The position numbers and the translations under genes were made by a program. DNA of 39,832 nt. Origin: a virus (taxonomy: Duplodnaviria > Caudoviricetes). Positions within the stretch are counted from its first letter, which is position 1, and the number at the start of each line of letters is the position of its first letter. Below, piece by piece: positions 19,781 to 27,890 of the stretch. Under the pieces are notes generated by a model. That model was not told the origin of the DNA. It did no database searches and saw only the letters and a program-made list of their open reading frames with translations. The stretch lies in the IMG/VR virus record IMGVR_UViG_3300025296_000045, positions 1-39,832 of that record. One strand, 5' to 3'.

Positions 19781-20139
19781 TGACAGATACAATCGGACAA
19801 TTAGCGGCTCTTAGTGTCGCAGGAACAGCAACGTTAACCGATGTTTACACTGTTCCAGCCTCAAAAGAGGCTAGCGTAAATATACGTATAACAAATTCAG
19901 CAGATATTGATACGGATATCATTGTCGCCCATATTAAAGATGATGTAGCAGCAAATGTGTCAGCGGAGGACTATATTTATGGCGGATCAGGCTCAGGAAT
20001 ACCCACAAGTAGGCTTGTCGACAATCGCGCACCTATAGGGCTTAACGGAATATTAATGAGTGCAGGCGATACTATCGCTGTGTCAAGCTCAGCTAACGCC
20101 GTAGCGGTACAGGTTAACGGTGTTGAGGGGGATGCGTAA
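19780..20139 (+). CDS. Putative tail-associated protein
   Basis: TAATG coupling; beta-sandwich-like sequence. Confidence 0.55.
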   Translation: MTDTIGQLAALSVAGTATLTDVYTVPASKEASVNIRITNSADIDTDIIVAHIKDDVAANVSAEDYIYGGSGSGIPTSRLVDNRAPIGLNGILMSAGDTIAVSSSANAVAVQVNGVEGDA

Positions 20140-20552
20140 TGGCTGATAACATACCTTTCAAACCATCCGGTGGCGGCTCTTTTGTTCCTTATACTGGGAT
20201 ATCCGTAACCTCAACACCTTCAGGTGTTTCAGGTGATGTATACGACATAACCCCAGCAACAGGAAATACACTAAGAATTCTTAGGCTGAGTACAGGAAAT
20301 ACAAGCGTCGAATTAGGCATGACAGTAACAATTACCAACAATAACGGCACCCAAGACCTTATAACCAACGACGAGTTAGAAGAAAACCAGCCGACCAACG
20401 GTTTTTTTATAGGTCAATTGGGTCCGTTGAACCTAGACGTTGTCCAAAAAAGCCTGCCTTTTGTTGACTGCCAAAGAATAGTAGTAACGAAGGTTGCTGG
20501 AAATACGGCCCAGCCAATAGATATCTCATATGTAGAAGGTAGATTCGAATGA
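20139..20552 (+). CDS. Putative tail-associated protein
   Basis: TAATG coupling; beta-rich sequence. Confidence 0.55.
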   Translation: MADNIPFKPSGGGSFVPYTGISVTSTPSGVSGDVYDITPATGNTLRILRLSTGNTSVELGMTVTITNNNGTQDLITNDELEENQPTNGFFIGQLGPLNLDVVQKSLPFVDCQRIVVTKVAGNTAQPIDISYVEGRFE

Positions 20553-20689
20553 TTGAAGTTTTTGAGAATGGTGAATGGGTAGAAAAACAACCAGAGCACA
20601 AAGATAAATACAGAAAGACAGAAGGTAGATCTGTAATTATCTCCTATTGGAGAGACTTTGACGAAGAGCCAAAAGAGGTTGCAGAATAG
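20549..20689 (+). CDS. Small hypothetical protein (46 aa, MIEVFENGEWVEKQP...)
   Basis: Hand-translated; ATGA overlap; ends before terminator. Confidence 0.6.
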   Translation: MIEVFENGEWVEKQPEHKDKYRKTEGRSVIISYWRDFDEEPKEVAE

Positions 20690-20694
20690 TTCGC

Positions 20695-20727
20695 AACACC
20701 CCTCTAAACTAGGAAACGAGGGGTGTT
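20695..20727. terminator. Stem-loop between convergent late and reverse operons
   Basis: AACACCCCTC...GAGGGGTGTT 10-bp stem. Confidence 0.65.
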
Positions 20728-20739
20728 ACTTGCGGGTCA

Positions 20740-20895
20740 TTACTCCGCCAAAATTTTCACGTTCTCACTATCGTATTTGATAGCAGTTATTTTCTGGTTT
20801 AAATCATTTAGCCATTGGTCTGGCTTTTCTTCTTCGCTACCACCACCGCAAGAGGTTAAACTACTTAAACACAATAGTATTATTAGACGCATCAT
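20740..20895 (-). CDS. Small lipoprotein (51 aa)
   Basis: Hand-translated MMRLIILLCLSSLTS-CGGGSEE; lipobox LTSC. Confidence 0.65.
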   Translation of the reverse strand: MMRLIILLCLSSLTSCGGGSEEEKPDQWLNDLNQKITAIKYDSENVKILAE

Positions 20896-21232
20896 AATAT
20901 AACCTATGATTTACAGAGTACGTTAAATAACCCTCCCAGTCGGAAGGGATGATGTCAGGATCTAGATTACTGCAGGTCTCATCTAGCTTGTTATTGGCAG
21001 TAATTATAAACTTATCAATAAACTCGTCAACGGTCTCATTAGCTTTTATAATTCCATCGTACTCTCGGTTTACTGTCCATCCCCAATTTCCATTATCCTT
21101 TTTAATGTTAAGCACTAAGACGCCTTCTTCTTGATAGTGATGAATACGCCATTCCTCACCACAAGCTTCAAACTCTAAAGCTGACACTGGCAAAGATAAC
21201 AACAAAGACAATGTTAAAAATATTTTCTTCAT
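20861..21232 (-). CDS. Secreted/periplasmic protein
   Basis: Sec signal peptide MKKIFLTLSLLLSLPVSA; GAGGA RBS. Confidence 0.75.
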   Translation of the reverse strand: MKKIFLTLSLLLSLPVSALEFEACGEEWRIHHYQEEGVLVLNIKKDNGNWGWTVNREYDGIIKANETVDEFIDKFIITANNKLDETCSNLDPDIIPSDWEGYLTYSVNHRLYYDASNNTIVFK

Positions 21233-21279
21233 GATTTATCCTCTCGTTTAAAATCAACTAACAGTTTAACATTTTCGAT

Positions 21280-21429
21280 CTATAAAAACATAGACCAGCC
21301 AATCAAGCCAATGACAACAATAACAAAGAACAGCACGCCGTTAAGTGCTATATGCTTTCGTAGGCTTTTATTGGATTCCCTTAATGACTCAGACAAATCA
21401 TTAATAATATGCTCGTCTTGTTTACTCAT
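21280..21429 (-). CDS. Small membrane protein (49 aa, C-terminal TM helix)
   Basis: Hand-translated MSKQDEHII...GVLFFVIVVIGLIGWSMFL. Confidence 0.6.
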   Translation of the reverse strand: MSKQDEHIINDLSESLRESNKSLRKHIALNGVLFFVIVVIGLIGWSMFL

Positions 21430-21430
21430 A

Positions 21431-21658
21431 TCACCCAACCCCACCAAAACACCAATCTATAGTCTTATCAGCTAAAGTCTTTTTACGCTCCTCATAAGTC
21501 CATGAGTTCAAAGCCTCTTCAGCCTCTGTTGTTAGTTTAGATTTTCTTTTGCAGCTACTATGAATATACTGACCCTTTCGGATACGTGTTTTACTCTTAC
21601 CGATATTGATAGTATTGCGGCATAAGTAGCATTTTAAACCTCTTGTTTTGTTTATCAT
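21431..21658 (-). CDS. Hypothetical Cys/His-containing protein
   Basis: CxxC...HxxC; coupled to ninB. Confidence 0.65.
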   Translation of the reverse strand: MINKTRGLKCYLCRNTINIGKSKTRIRKGQYIHSSCKRKSKLTTEAEEALNSWTYEERKKTLADKTIDWCFGGVG

Positions 21659-22098
21659 TATTTATCCTTGAACTTAATCGGTACGCCTAAATCATTCCAA
21701 TACAATATAAGTTGCTCCATGTACTCCTTGGACTCAGCAGTATTAAACAGGCTGGTGACTTCTAAGCACTGAACAAGCTTTAATTTATTTTCGTGACTGT
21801 GTTTGTAGTATTCCAGTTTAGTTAATAAAAACTCTATCTTGTCACCATGTACAGAACTATTGTGAAGTATCGGCAAGCCAAAAGCATCTTTACAGAAGTT
21901 TTTAACCTCTAACGCTGTTCTGTCGCCTAACTGTTTTGATATTTCTCCGTACCATTGGTGCTGTTGATTGTTAGCACTTAACCCGCGTTTCTCCTTCCAT
22001 TCTGTAATACGTATGCGCTTAGGTTTCGTTAAATCGACCCCTCTTAACTCTTGCGCAACAAAATCAAAATTACTCGCGGTGTACATTATGTCTTTCAC
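21658..22098 (-). CDS. ninB: NinB/Orf-family recombination protein
   Basis: KRGLSAN..H.W..EISKQ and TS.....E...YME motifs. Confidence 0.7.
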   Translation of the reverse strand: MKDIMYTASNFDFVAQELRGVDLTKPKRIRITEWKEKRGLSANNQQHQWYGEISKQLGDRTALEVKNFCKDAFGLPILHNSSVHGDKIEFLLTKLEYYKHSHENKLKLVQCLEVTSLFNTAESKEYMEQLILYWNDLGVPIKFKDK

Positions 22099-22244
22099 GA
22101 GAGAGGAACCGCATTAAAAGCAATCACGAATATAAACGCCAGAACAACGCCGTATATTTTCCAGCCTATCCCGTCCATTTTTAGCTCGTCTTCTTCACGC
22201 TTTTCAGTGCATGGCTTTATTTTACATCCGTATCCAGCTTTCAT
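22095..22244 (-). CDS. Small membrane protein (49 aa)
   Basis: Hand-translated; GTGA overlap with ninB; IYGVVLAFIFVIAF TM. Confidence 0.55.
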   Translation of the reverse strand: MKAGYGCKIKPCTEKREEDELKMDGIGWKIYGVVLAFIFVIAFNAVPLS

Positions 22245-22266
22245 AATATTTCCTTTTTGATTATCT

Positions 22267-22320
22267 ATATAACACTACGCTAAGTTGGGACGCAGAGCGC
22301 CCACTAGCTACTTGTTATGC
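22267..22320 (+). repeat. attC-like site 1 (head subfamily, 54 bp)
   Basis: ATATAAC-ACTAC-GCT[A]AGT[T]GGG[A]CGC...GCGCCCACTAGC-TACTT-GTTATGC. Confidence 0.88.
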
Positions 22321-22536
22321 GGCACAAATGCCATACGGCTTTCCGCGGGTGCTTTTCCACTCTGCAATAACTTCTTCTACATCAGCATTAGCACCTATAG
22401 AAAAACCAGCTCCGTTAAAATCAAATGTAACGTAAGCAACTTGCCATAACTCAGCTTTTTGCTTTGCTTCTACCACCGCTTTTTCAACTTCTGTTCCTAC
22501 TAAAAATTCTACTTTAATTGTCATACTACTTTTCAT
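22315..22536 (-). CDS. Cassette-borne hypothetical protein
   Basis: GGAG RBS; stop TAA lies in the attC core. Confidence 0.8.
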   Translation of the reverse strand: MKSSMTIKVEFLVGTEVEKAVVEAKQKAELWQVAYVTFDFNGAGFSIGANADVEEVIAEWKSTRGKPYGICAA

Positions 22537-22552
22537 TATAGTCTCCAGTGCC

Positions 22553-22611
22553 GCATAACAACGGCATTAAATCGGACGGCACTACGTTTGCCGTTTATGC
22601 TAAGGTTATGT
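22553..22611 (+). repeat. attC-like site 2 (59 bp)
   Basis: GCATAAC-AACGG-CAT[T]AAA[T]CGG[A]C...GCCGTTTATG-CTAAG-GTTATGT. Confidence 0.9.
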
Positions 22612-22842
22612 GGATTGTCGCTTTCTAATAAATCCGTCAACATCGCCACACATTACCTTTCCGCTGTACTGAAATTTATTTTTACTAGGCCAGTAATCTA
22701 ATCGTTTTCCATTCAGTGTGCGCGACCAATGCCATTCTGTGTGTAAATTCCAACCTTCTTTGCTTGCGCTTTCAAGATTTCGTTTCTTTCTGTCTTTATT
22801 TAACTGCTTTAAAAATTTAAAGTCTTCTGCCATATCACCCAT
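22606..22842 (-). CDS. Cassette-borne hypothetical protein (start corrected to MGDMAEDF)
   Basis: AAGGAG RBS; LDYWPSKNKF motif; stop in attC core. Confidence 0.8.
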   Translation of the reverse strand: MGDMAEDFKFLKQLNKDRKKRNLESASKEGWNLHTEWHWSRTLNGKRLDYWPSKNKFQYSGKVMCGDVDGFIRKRQST

Positions 22843-22863
22843 TGATTTTCTCCTTAAATATCC

Positions 22864-22933
22864 ACATAACAACGGCTATCAAATGACACGTAACCGCTAC
22901 GCGTTTCCTTAGCATCTGTAGCTAAGGTTATGT
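22864..22933 (+). repeat. attC-like site 3 (70 bp)
   Basis: ACATAAC-AACGG-CTA[T]CAAATG[A]C...GCATCTGTAG-CTAAG-GTTATGT. Confidence 0.82.
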
Positions 22934-23176
22934 TACTAAACCAATCTCGTGTAATTTAACCTGTGCATTATGCAAACTCTCTTTATCCCAATGATCGGCA
23001 GGCATTAAATTATCTTTGTGGTTAATATCTCGCATAGCATTAATTTCATCTATCGCCATATCTAACTCGCCCATTAGGCTATCCACCAAACTAATTAACT
23101 CCACCTGTGAAACGTGGTAATTATCGCGCTGCTTTAAAACTGTTTTATAACATCTCTCTAAGCTATCTTTATTCAT
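22928..23176 (-). CDS. Hypothetical protein
   Basis: AAGGA RBS; stop TAA abuts attC 3. Confidence 0.75.
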   Translation of the reverse strand: MNKDSLERCYKTVLKQRDNYHVSQVELISLVDSLMGELDMAIDEINAMRDINHKDNLMPADHWDKESLHNAQVKLHEIGLVT

Positions 23177-23239
23177 TGTTTATTATCCTTGTTGATTAGA
23201 CTCATCTGTTCAATTCCTTGTTTGCGTTAAGTTGAAATA

Positions 23240-23284
23240 ACTTTAGCAAATACATTTGACACTGTAAAGCGTTTAAGTTAAATT
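23240..23284. promoter_or_regulatory. Overlapping divergent sigma70 promoters
   Basis: Plus TTGACA-17-TAAATT (23256-23284); minus TTTACA-17-TAAAGT. Confidence 0.65.
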
Positions 23285-23313
23285 AAGTACAGTTAATTAA
23301 ATAAGGAAAAACA

Positions 23314-23529
23314 ATGAAGCCATTAACAGACGCACAGCAAAAGATATTGAATTTTATTAAAGACTTTATCGAATACAATAGATACCCGCCAACATCAAAG
23401 GAGATAAAAGAGCATTTTAAATTTAACTCAATAAATGCAGCTTACGAGCATTTAGGCTGGATAGAAAAGAAAGGTTACATAAAGCGAACTCCTAGAGTCG
23501 CACGCTCTATTGTGGTTTTGCAGGCATAA
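23314..23529 (+). CDS. LexA DNA-binding-domain-only protein
   Basis: LT..QQ.I..FI......YPPT..EI...F.F.S.NAA.EHL....KKGYI; no peptidase domain. Confidence 0.85.
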   Translation: MKPLTDAQQKILNFIKDFIEYNRYPPTSKEIKEHFKFNSINAAYEHLGWIEKKGYIKRTPRVARSIVVLQA

Positions 23530-23584
23530 AAAATGCGCTACCACCAAGTAAGCGCACTAATTAATAAGACAAGGTAACTATAAC

Positions 23585-23773
23585 ATGTTCAAACAAAACT
23601 ATATAAACATATTTGAAAACGCTGGCGGGAACATAACAGTAGCTTACGCGACTTGTGGGGATGACGCTTTACAAATAAATGAGGTTGAGGTCGTGTCGCT
23701 AGATAAAGCCGATCTTCACACTATAGGGAGTGTGCTTAATAATATTGCTGATTCTATTGTTCAAGAGGTTTAG
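23585..23773 (+). CDS. Hypothetical protein
   Basis: ORF with AAGGT RBS in replication operon. Confidence 0.6.
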   Translation: MFKQNYINIFENAGGNITVAYATCGDDALQINEVEVVSLDKADLHTIGSVLNNIADSIVQEV

Positions 23774-23776
23774 TCA

Positions 23777-24475
23777 ATGTGTACGTTCATAAAGGCTTAC
23801 AGAAGTGAAACAGCGTCTTTTTTGGACTTTAATCCAAACGCTAACCACTTACTAAACGTGATAGCAAGAAGGGCAAGGAGAACGCCTTGTAATCTAAATA
23901 ACCTAGCTGTAGGTGAGTGTTTTATAGGTTTTAAATCGGTTGGTTTGACAGAGCAACAGTACAGAACAGCAAAAAAACACCTTCAAAAAATAGACTTAGT
24001 TTCGTTTCGTGTCGCCAGAAAGTTAACGGGTGGTGTAACGTCTGGTGTAACGGTCGCAAAGCTAATGGATTCGAGGGTTTACGATATAAATACAAGTGAG
24101 GGTAACGCCACGGCAACGCCAACCCAACGCCAACCTAACGCCAACCTAACGAGTAATAAGAATGTTAAGAATGAAAAGAATAAAGATATATGTCAGCAGG
24201 TAGCTGACGAGTTCAATAATTATTTAGGTGACGAATTGTCGTCTGTGGTTAAAGTTACTGATAAACGCAAAGCTGGTATACGTGGTTGTATTGCTCAGAT
24301 GAAAGGAACAGATCACGACTTTACAAAAATAGAAGCATGGATAGGTTTATTCGACTATATTAAAAAGTCAGATTTTCTAATGGGAAGAAAGTCAGATTGG
24401 AGCATGAGCTTTGATTTTTTAGTTAACAAATCTAATCTATTAAAAATTATCGAGGGACAATACGAGAATGAATAA
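23777..24475 (+). CDS. Replication initiator (lambda O-like)
   Basis: wHTH-like N-terminus, internal iteron linker, SDFLMG..W..SFDFL...N..KIIEGQY C-terminus; upstream of DnaB. Confidence 0.8.
   Translation: MCTFIKAYRSETASFLDFNPNANHLLNVIARRARRTPCNLNNLAVGECFIGFKSVGLTEQQYRTAKKHLQKIDLVSFRVARKLTGGVTSGVTVAKLMDSRVYDINTSEGNATATPTQRQPNANLTSNKNVKNEKNKDICQQVADEFNNYLGDELSSVVKVTDKRKAGIRGCIAQMKGTDHDFTKIEAWIGLFDYIKKSDFLMGRKSDWSMSFDFLVNKSNLLKIIEGQYENE
24104..24190 (+). repeat. Putative replication origin: 11-bp iterons plus AT-rich tract
   Basis: AACGCCACGGC AACGCCAACCC AACGCCAACCT AACGCCAACCT AACG, then three AAGAAT at 9-bp period. Confidence 0.75.
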
Positions 24476-25853
24476 AGTAATCCAGCCGCCAAACAATCAC
24501 GAGTCAGAGCAAGTTATCCTTGCTAGCTTGTTGAGAGACTCAGGCCACCAAACATGCAGAGAGGTTATGGATAGCGTTGCTAGCGATGATTTCTATAACC
24601 GAGCACATAGCGTTATCTACAAAGCAATTAAACAACTCATTGATAAAAAAATAAATCCTGACTTTGTGGCTATAGACGATCACTTATCGAAATCTAATGA
24701 TAATTTTGATTTTGGCGGGTTGACGTATCTCGCTGAAATACAGCGGTCGTTCATATCTCACAGTATGTTATCAGGAGCAGTGGCTACAGTTAAACGCACT
24801 AAGTCTGCAAGGGATTTGTTAAGCATTAGTTTTACAGTTAACGAACAGTCTAACGCTGGCGTAGACCCTGACGAAATAATCAGAGGCGTAGAAGACGGAA
24901 TAAAAGAAATATCAAGCAAGTCTGCAGCAAAAGACATAAGCCATATTTCAGACTTCGGCGAGCAATGGCTAGACGAGTTCGAACGAAACATTGAGAACCG
25001 AGGTGGCATTAGTGGATTAGCTACAGGGATAGCTGAATTAGATGAAAGGCTCTCAGGCTTCGATAGAGAAGGTTTATTTGTTTTGGCTGGTCGTCCGTCT
25101 ATGGGTAAGACGTTATTAGCCCAGACAATCATTGAGAACGTTTCTCGACGAGATTCAGAGCAATCAATGTTCTTTTCGTTAGAGATGAGCGGCAAACAGG
25201 TTTTTCAAAGGTTTGTTTCTAAAATATCTGGAGTGTGTCCTAAAAAAATACGATCAGGTGTAGACGTTAACAATGACGACTGGGGGAAAATAGCGAACGC
25301 TATAGAGCATTTAAACACTAGCGGAATTTATCTTGATACTGACCAAAAACTTTCTGTTGATCAAATACGCGCCAGGGTACGTAGAAGAATAAACAAAGCA
25401 GGTAAGCAATCTTTAATTGTTATTGATTACCTTGGATTAATGAAAAAGCCAAAAGCAGATAGAAACGACATTGCTATTGGAGAAATAACCAGTTCATTAA
25501 AAAGCTTAGCGAAAGAAATAGAAACCCCTATTTTATTATTAGTTCAAGGCTCGAGAGCGATGGACAAAACCAAACGTCCGACAATGAGTGACTTAAAAGA
25601 TTCGTCATCAATCGAAGCTGATGCAGATGTGGTTATGTTTGTTCACCGCGAAGAAGTCATTGATCCAGAGACAGAGTTAAAAGGCGTCACTGAATTAATA
25701 ATAGCTAAAGATAGGCATAACGACGGTAACGGAACAGTTTATTTGAAAAAGGTTTCAGGTGGATTTATGACAATGAATCAAGACGAGGTAGCAACGCTAG
25801 ATCACCTTGAGAATATGAGATTGAAGCCTGTTAAGAAAAAAGGATATATGTAA
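24468..25853 (+). CDS. dnaB: Replicative DNA helicase, DnaB family
   Basis: AGRPSMGKT, FSLEM, IVIDYLGLM and DLKDSSSIEADAD motifs. Confidence 0.95.
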   Translation: MNKVIQPPNNHESEQVILASLLRDSGHQTCREVMDSVASDDFYNRAHSVIYKAIKQLIDKKINPDFVAIDDHLSKSNDNFDFGGLTYLAEIQRSFISHSMLSGAVATVKRTKSARDLLSISFTVNEQSNAGVDPDEIIRGVEDGIKEISSKSAAKDISHISDFGEQWLDEFERNIENRGGISGLATGIAELDERLSGFDREGLFVLAGRPSMGKTLLAQTIIENVSRRDSEQSMFFSLEMSGKQVFQRFVSKISGVCPKKIRSGVDVNNDDWGKIANAIEHLNTSGIYLDTDQKLSVDQIRARVRRRINKAGKQSLIVIDYLGLMKKPKADRNDIAIGEITSSLKSLAKEIETPILLLVQGSRAMDKTKRPTMSDLKDSSSIEADADVVMFVHREEVIDPETELKGVTELIIAKDRHNDGNGTVYLKKVSGGFMTMNQDEVATLDHLENMRLKPVKKKGYM

Positions 25854-25865
25854 CCAGTATAATAG

Positions 25866-25894
25866 AAAAAAAAGGAGCTCAATGGCTCCTTTTT
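25866..25894. terminator. Bidirectional intrinsic terminator
   Basis: A8-GGAGC-tcaatg-GCTCC-T5 between convergent genes. Confidence 0.85.
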
Positions 25895-25920
25895 ACAATC
25901 ACTACCTTTATATGTGGTTG

Positions 25921-26148
25921 TTAAAACTCTAAGCTTGTTGCTAATTTAAGTTCGGCGCTCTTATCTTTCCATTCGTTCAATTTTGATTGATAACAAGATA
26001 TAAAAACATCTTCTAGCCTTACGTGTTTTACGCCTACTACGCCTACATCGACAAATCCTACACCGAAATAAAGGCTATCAAAAACCTGAGATTTGAAAGC
26101 TTCATTCCCGAATGCTTTATCTAAAATTTCTTTGCTTACTATAGCCAT
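25921..26148 (-). CDS. Hypothetical protein
   Basis: AAGGA RBS. Confidence 0.65.
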   Translation of the reverse strand: MAIVSKEILDKAFGNEAFKSQVFDSLYFGVGFVDVGVVGVKHVRLEDVFISCYQSKLNEWKDKSAELKLATSLEF

Positions 26149-26171
26149 AACAATTCCTTAATAGTTAATCT

Positions 26172-26369
26172 TTATCGTTTCAACACGAACACAAATAGAA
26201 ACAGCCAAGCAGACACAACACAAGCGAAGATGATAGCCTTGCTTGGTTTGTAATAAACTCCAAACTTGGTTAAATACAAATGAATAATTAACTCCAATCG
26301 TGAACAATCAAATTTAAAAAACATTACTAGAATTAAAATGCCAGCTGCCATAGTTGTTAATTCAATCAT
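26172..26369 (-). CDS. Small membrane protein (2 TM)
   Basis: Two hydrophobic segments; GAGGA RBS. Confidence 0.65.
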   Translation of the reverse strand: MIELTTMAAGILILVMFFKFDCSRLELIIHLYLTKFGVYYKPSKAIIFACVVSAWLFLFVFVLKR

Positions 26370-26381
26370 ATCTATATCCTC

Positions 26382-26720
26382 TTAAATAGTGGTTTTTAAA
26401 GGCTTTAACGCTTCCTGTATAGCCTCTGAAAAACTACAACCTCCATTGTAGAACTTGACTTCAAAATCTATGCTAAGGTCTTTATTTTCAGATGATGTAT
26501 ATATATCGTCATATGGGTTTATTTCCTTGGTTTCTACCGTGTAAACAATTCCATTGTGTACGATTGCACACCGATAAAATTGATCGTTAAAAAAATCCAA
26601 AGCATCTTCGTAACAATCTGGTATTTCTTGCCCTTCATTCAAAAGATATTCGTTAACAAAATTCTCAACGTTTTTGCCTGTAGGAATTAACTTGCCTTTT
26701 TTATGTTCAGTATCACTCAT
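26382..26720 (-). CDS. Hypothetical protein (start corrected to MSDTEHKKG)
   Basis: GGAG RBS; FYNGGCSFSEA motif. Confidence 0.7.
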   Translation of the reverse strand: MSDTEHKKGKLIPTGKNVENFVNEYLLNEGQEIPDCYEDALDFFNDQFYRCAIVHNGIVYTVETKEINPYDDIYTSSENKDLSIDFEVKFYNGGCSFSEAIQEALKPLKTTI

Positions 26721-26755
26721 TTCTATTTCTCCATATATTTTAAACATAGGTGTCA

Positions 26756-26906
26756 TTAGATACGTTTGTCATGGATGGGGTTACTATCCTACTAAGTATC
26801 ATTAACCGTTAAATAACATAAATCAGTATCAACATAACTTTTCGCATCCTTGCAGGTAGTCCACACCCAACACCATGACATTTTCGTTGTTTGTCCGCGT
26901 ATCTAA
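26756..26906 (-). ncRNA. Candidate structured non-coding element
   Basis: Nested helices TTAGATACG/CGTATCTAA and TGTCATGG/CCATGACA in a gap with no ORF in the track. Confidence 0.4.
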
Positions 26907-27000
26907 ACGTCGATTTATATTGAGTTATTACATATTTGCTAATTTACAGTTTTAGCTAAACCGTTAGGAATTTTTACAAGATGCCAATTAACTTGGCTAA

Positions 27001-27124
27001 GTGGTGTGAATCAGAAATAAAAAAGGCTTTACAGATATCTCTGGTCGAACGCTAAAGATTGGGAGTCAATAGCCAGAAATACCTATAAAACCTTCTTGTT
27101 ACATGAGTTCGACACCACCTAACG
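27001..27124 (-). ncRNA. Candidate small RNA / attenuator
   Basis: 22-bp stem (27023-27044 with 27073-27094) whose four non-Watson-Crick pairs are all G-U on minus strand; U tract follows. Confidence 0.6.
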
Positions 27125-27130
27125 AATACA

Positions 27131-27159
27131 ATTATATTATTTTACCTCCTTGCTTTCAA
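27131..27159 (-). promoter_or_regulatory. Near-consensus sigma70 promoter
   Basis: TTGAAA-17 nt-TATAAT. Confidence 0.75.
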
Positions 27160-27391
27160 GCTTGATTTTTATTAAGGCTTTAATATTATCTCTAATCGCC
27201 ATTAATTCACCTTCGGTGTACGAGCATTCAGAAGCATGAACAGCTTTGCATTCTCCATGCGAAGATCTCTCATGCCAATCAGCCTCGTCTTTAGTAAATA
27301 AACCAGCTAAAAATGAGAATTCGGTATAGCCACAGCTATTCGGTTTGTAATAATAACCACCCTTTCTAATAAAATAACACTTGTCACTCAT
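27137..27391 (-). CDS. Hypothetical protein
   Basis: YYKPNSCGYT...AGLFT..EA motif seen in phage early proteins. Confidence 0.7.
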   Translation of the reverse strand: MSDKCYFIRKGGYYYKPNSCGYTEFSFLAGLFTKDEADWHERSSHGECKAVHASECSYTEGELMAIRDNIKALIKIKLESKEVK

Positions 27392-27541
27392 CTACTTATT
27401 CTCTGCTTGTTTATTAAACTGAGAATTACTAAATTCATAATACATCGCTCTGATAAAATCATTATCCCCACCGCTTAACTCACCAGTTTCAACGACAAAG
27501 TGTATAAACTTTCTTACAGCCATTAGTTGCTCTTCACTCAT
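27392..27541 (-). CDS. Small hypothetical protein (49 aa, MSEEQLMAVRKF...)
   Basis: Hand-translated; exactly fills the gap with TAATG coupling. Confidence 0.6.
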   Translation of the reverse strand: MSEEQLMAVRKFIHFVVETGELSGGDNDFIRAMYYEFSNSQFNKQAENK

Positions 27542-27741
27542 TACCGCACCTTTACATTATCAGGGTGCGCATAAGACACACCGATTTTAGAGCACATATT
27601 GCGTACCTGAGTTAAGTTTTTACCGGTTCTTGCGCATATGTCTTGAATAGGCTTTTTGCCAGCTAGCCTTAATACGCATAGTTTCTCAGCGTCTGACCAT
27701 TCATTTTTAATTTGCTGTTTACTTTTTTGATAAGTGTACAT
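27541..27741 (-). CDS. Small HTH protein
   Basis: WSDAE...IQDICARTGKNLTQVRN; GAGGA RBS before MYTYQ. Confidence 0.6.
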   Translation of the reverse strand: MYTYQKSKQQIKNEWSDAEKLCVLRLAGKKPIQDICARTGKNLTQVRNMCSKIGVSYAHPDNVKVR

Positions 27742-27743
27742 GA

Positions 27744-27890
27744 TTATTCCTCTATCCAATCGTTTTCTAAAAGCTCTAGTTCAACCAATTCCTTTTGAGG
27801 CTCTATATACCCCTGAACAACCATTACAGCCTCTTCTATAATTGGTAAGCGTAATTCTTTTACTGATTCGTCTGTTTGTTCGTTAATCAT
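27744..27890 (-). CDS. Small acidic hypothetical protein (48 aa)
   Basis: Hand-translated MINEQTDESVKEL...; GGAG RBS. Confidence 0.55.
   Translation of the reverse strand: MINEQTDESVKELRLPIIEEAVMVVQGYIEPQKELVELELLENDWIEE

Larger units (their letters stand above)
22267..22933 (+). mobile_element. attC cassette array 1: head site plus 2 cassettes (22315-22605, 22606-22927), genes antisense
   Basis: Three attC-like sites; cassette ends complementary (GTTATGCGGCAC/GTGCCGCATAAC; GTTATGTGGAT/ATCCACATAAC). Confidence 0.88.

Noticed and set aside
23262-23293. Canonical SOS box upstream of the LexA-like gene
   Set aside because: CTGT and ACAG half-sites are present but not at the 8-nt spacing
4048-25195. 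Antisense/alternative-frame ORFs within terS, terL, scaffold, ejection and dnaB genes
   Set aside because: Shadows of well-supported genes; no RBS or recognisable motifs
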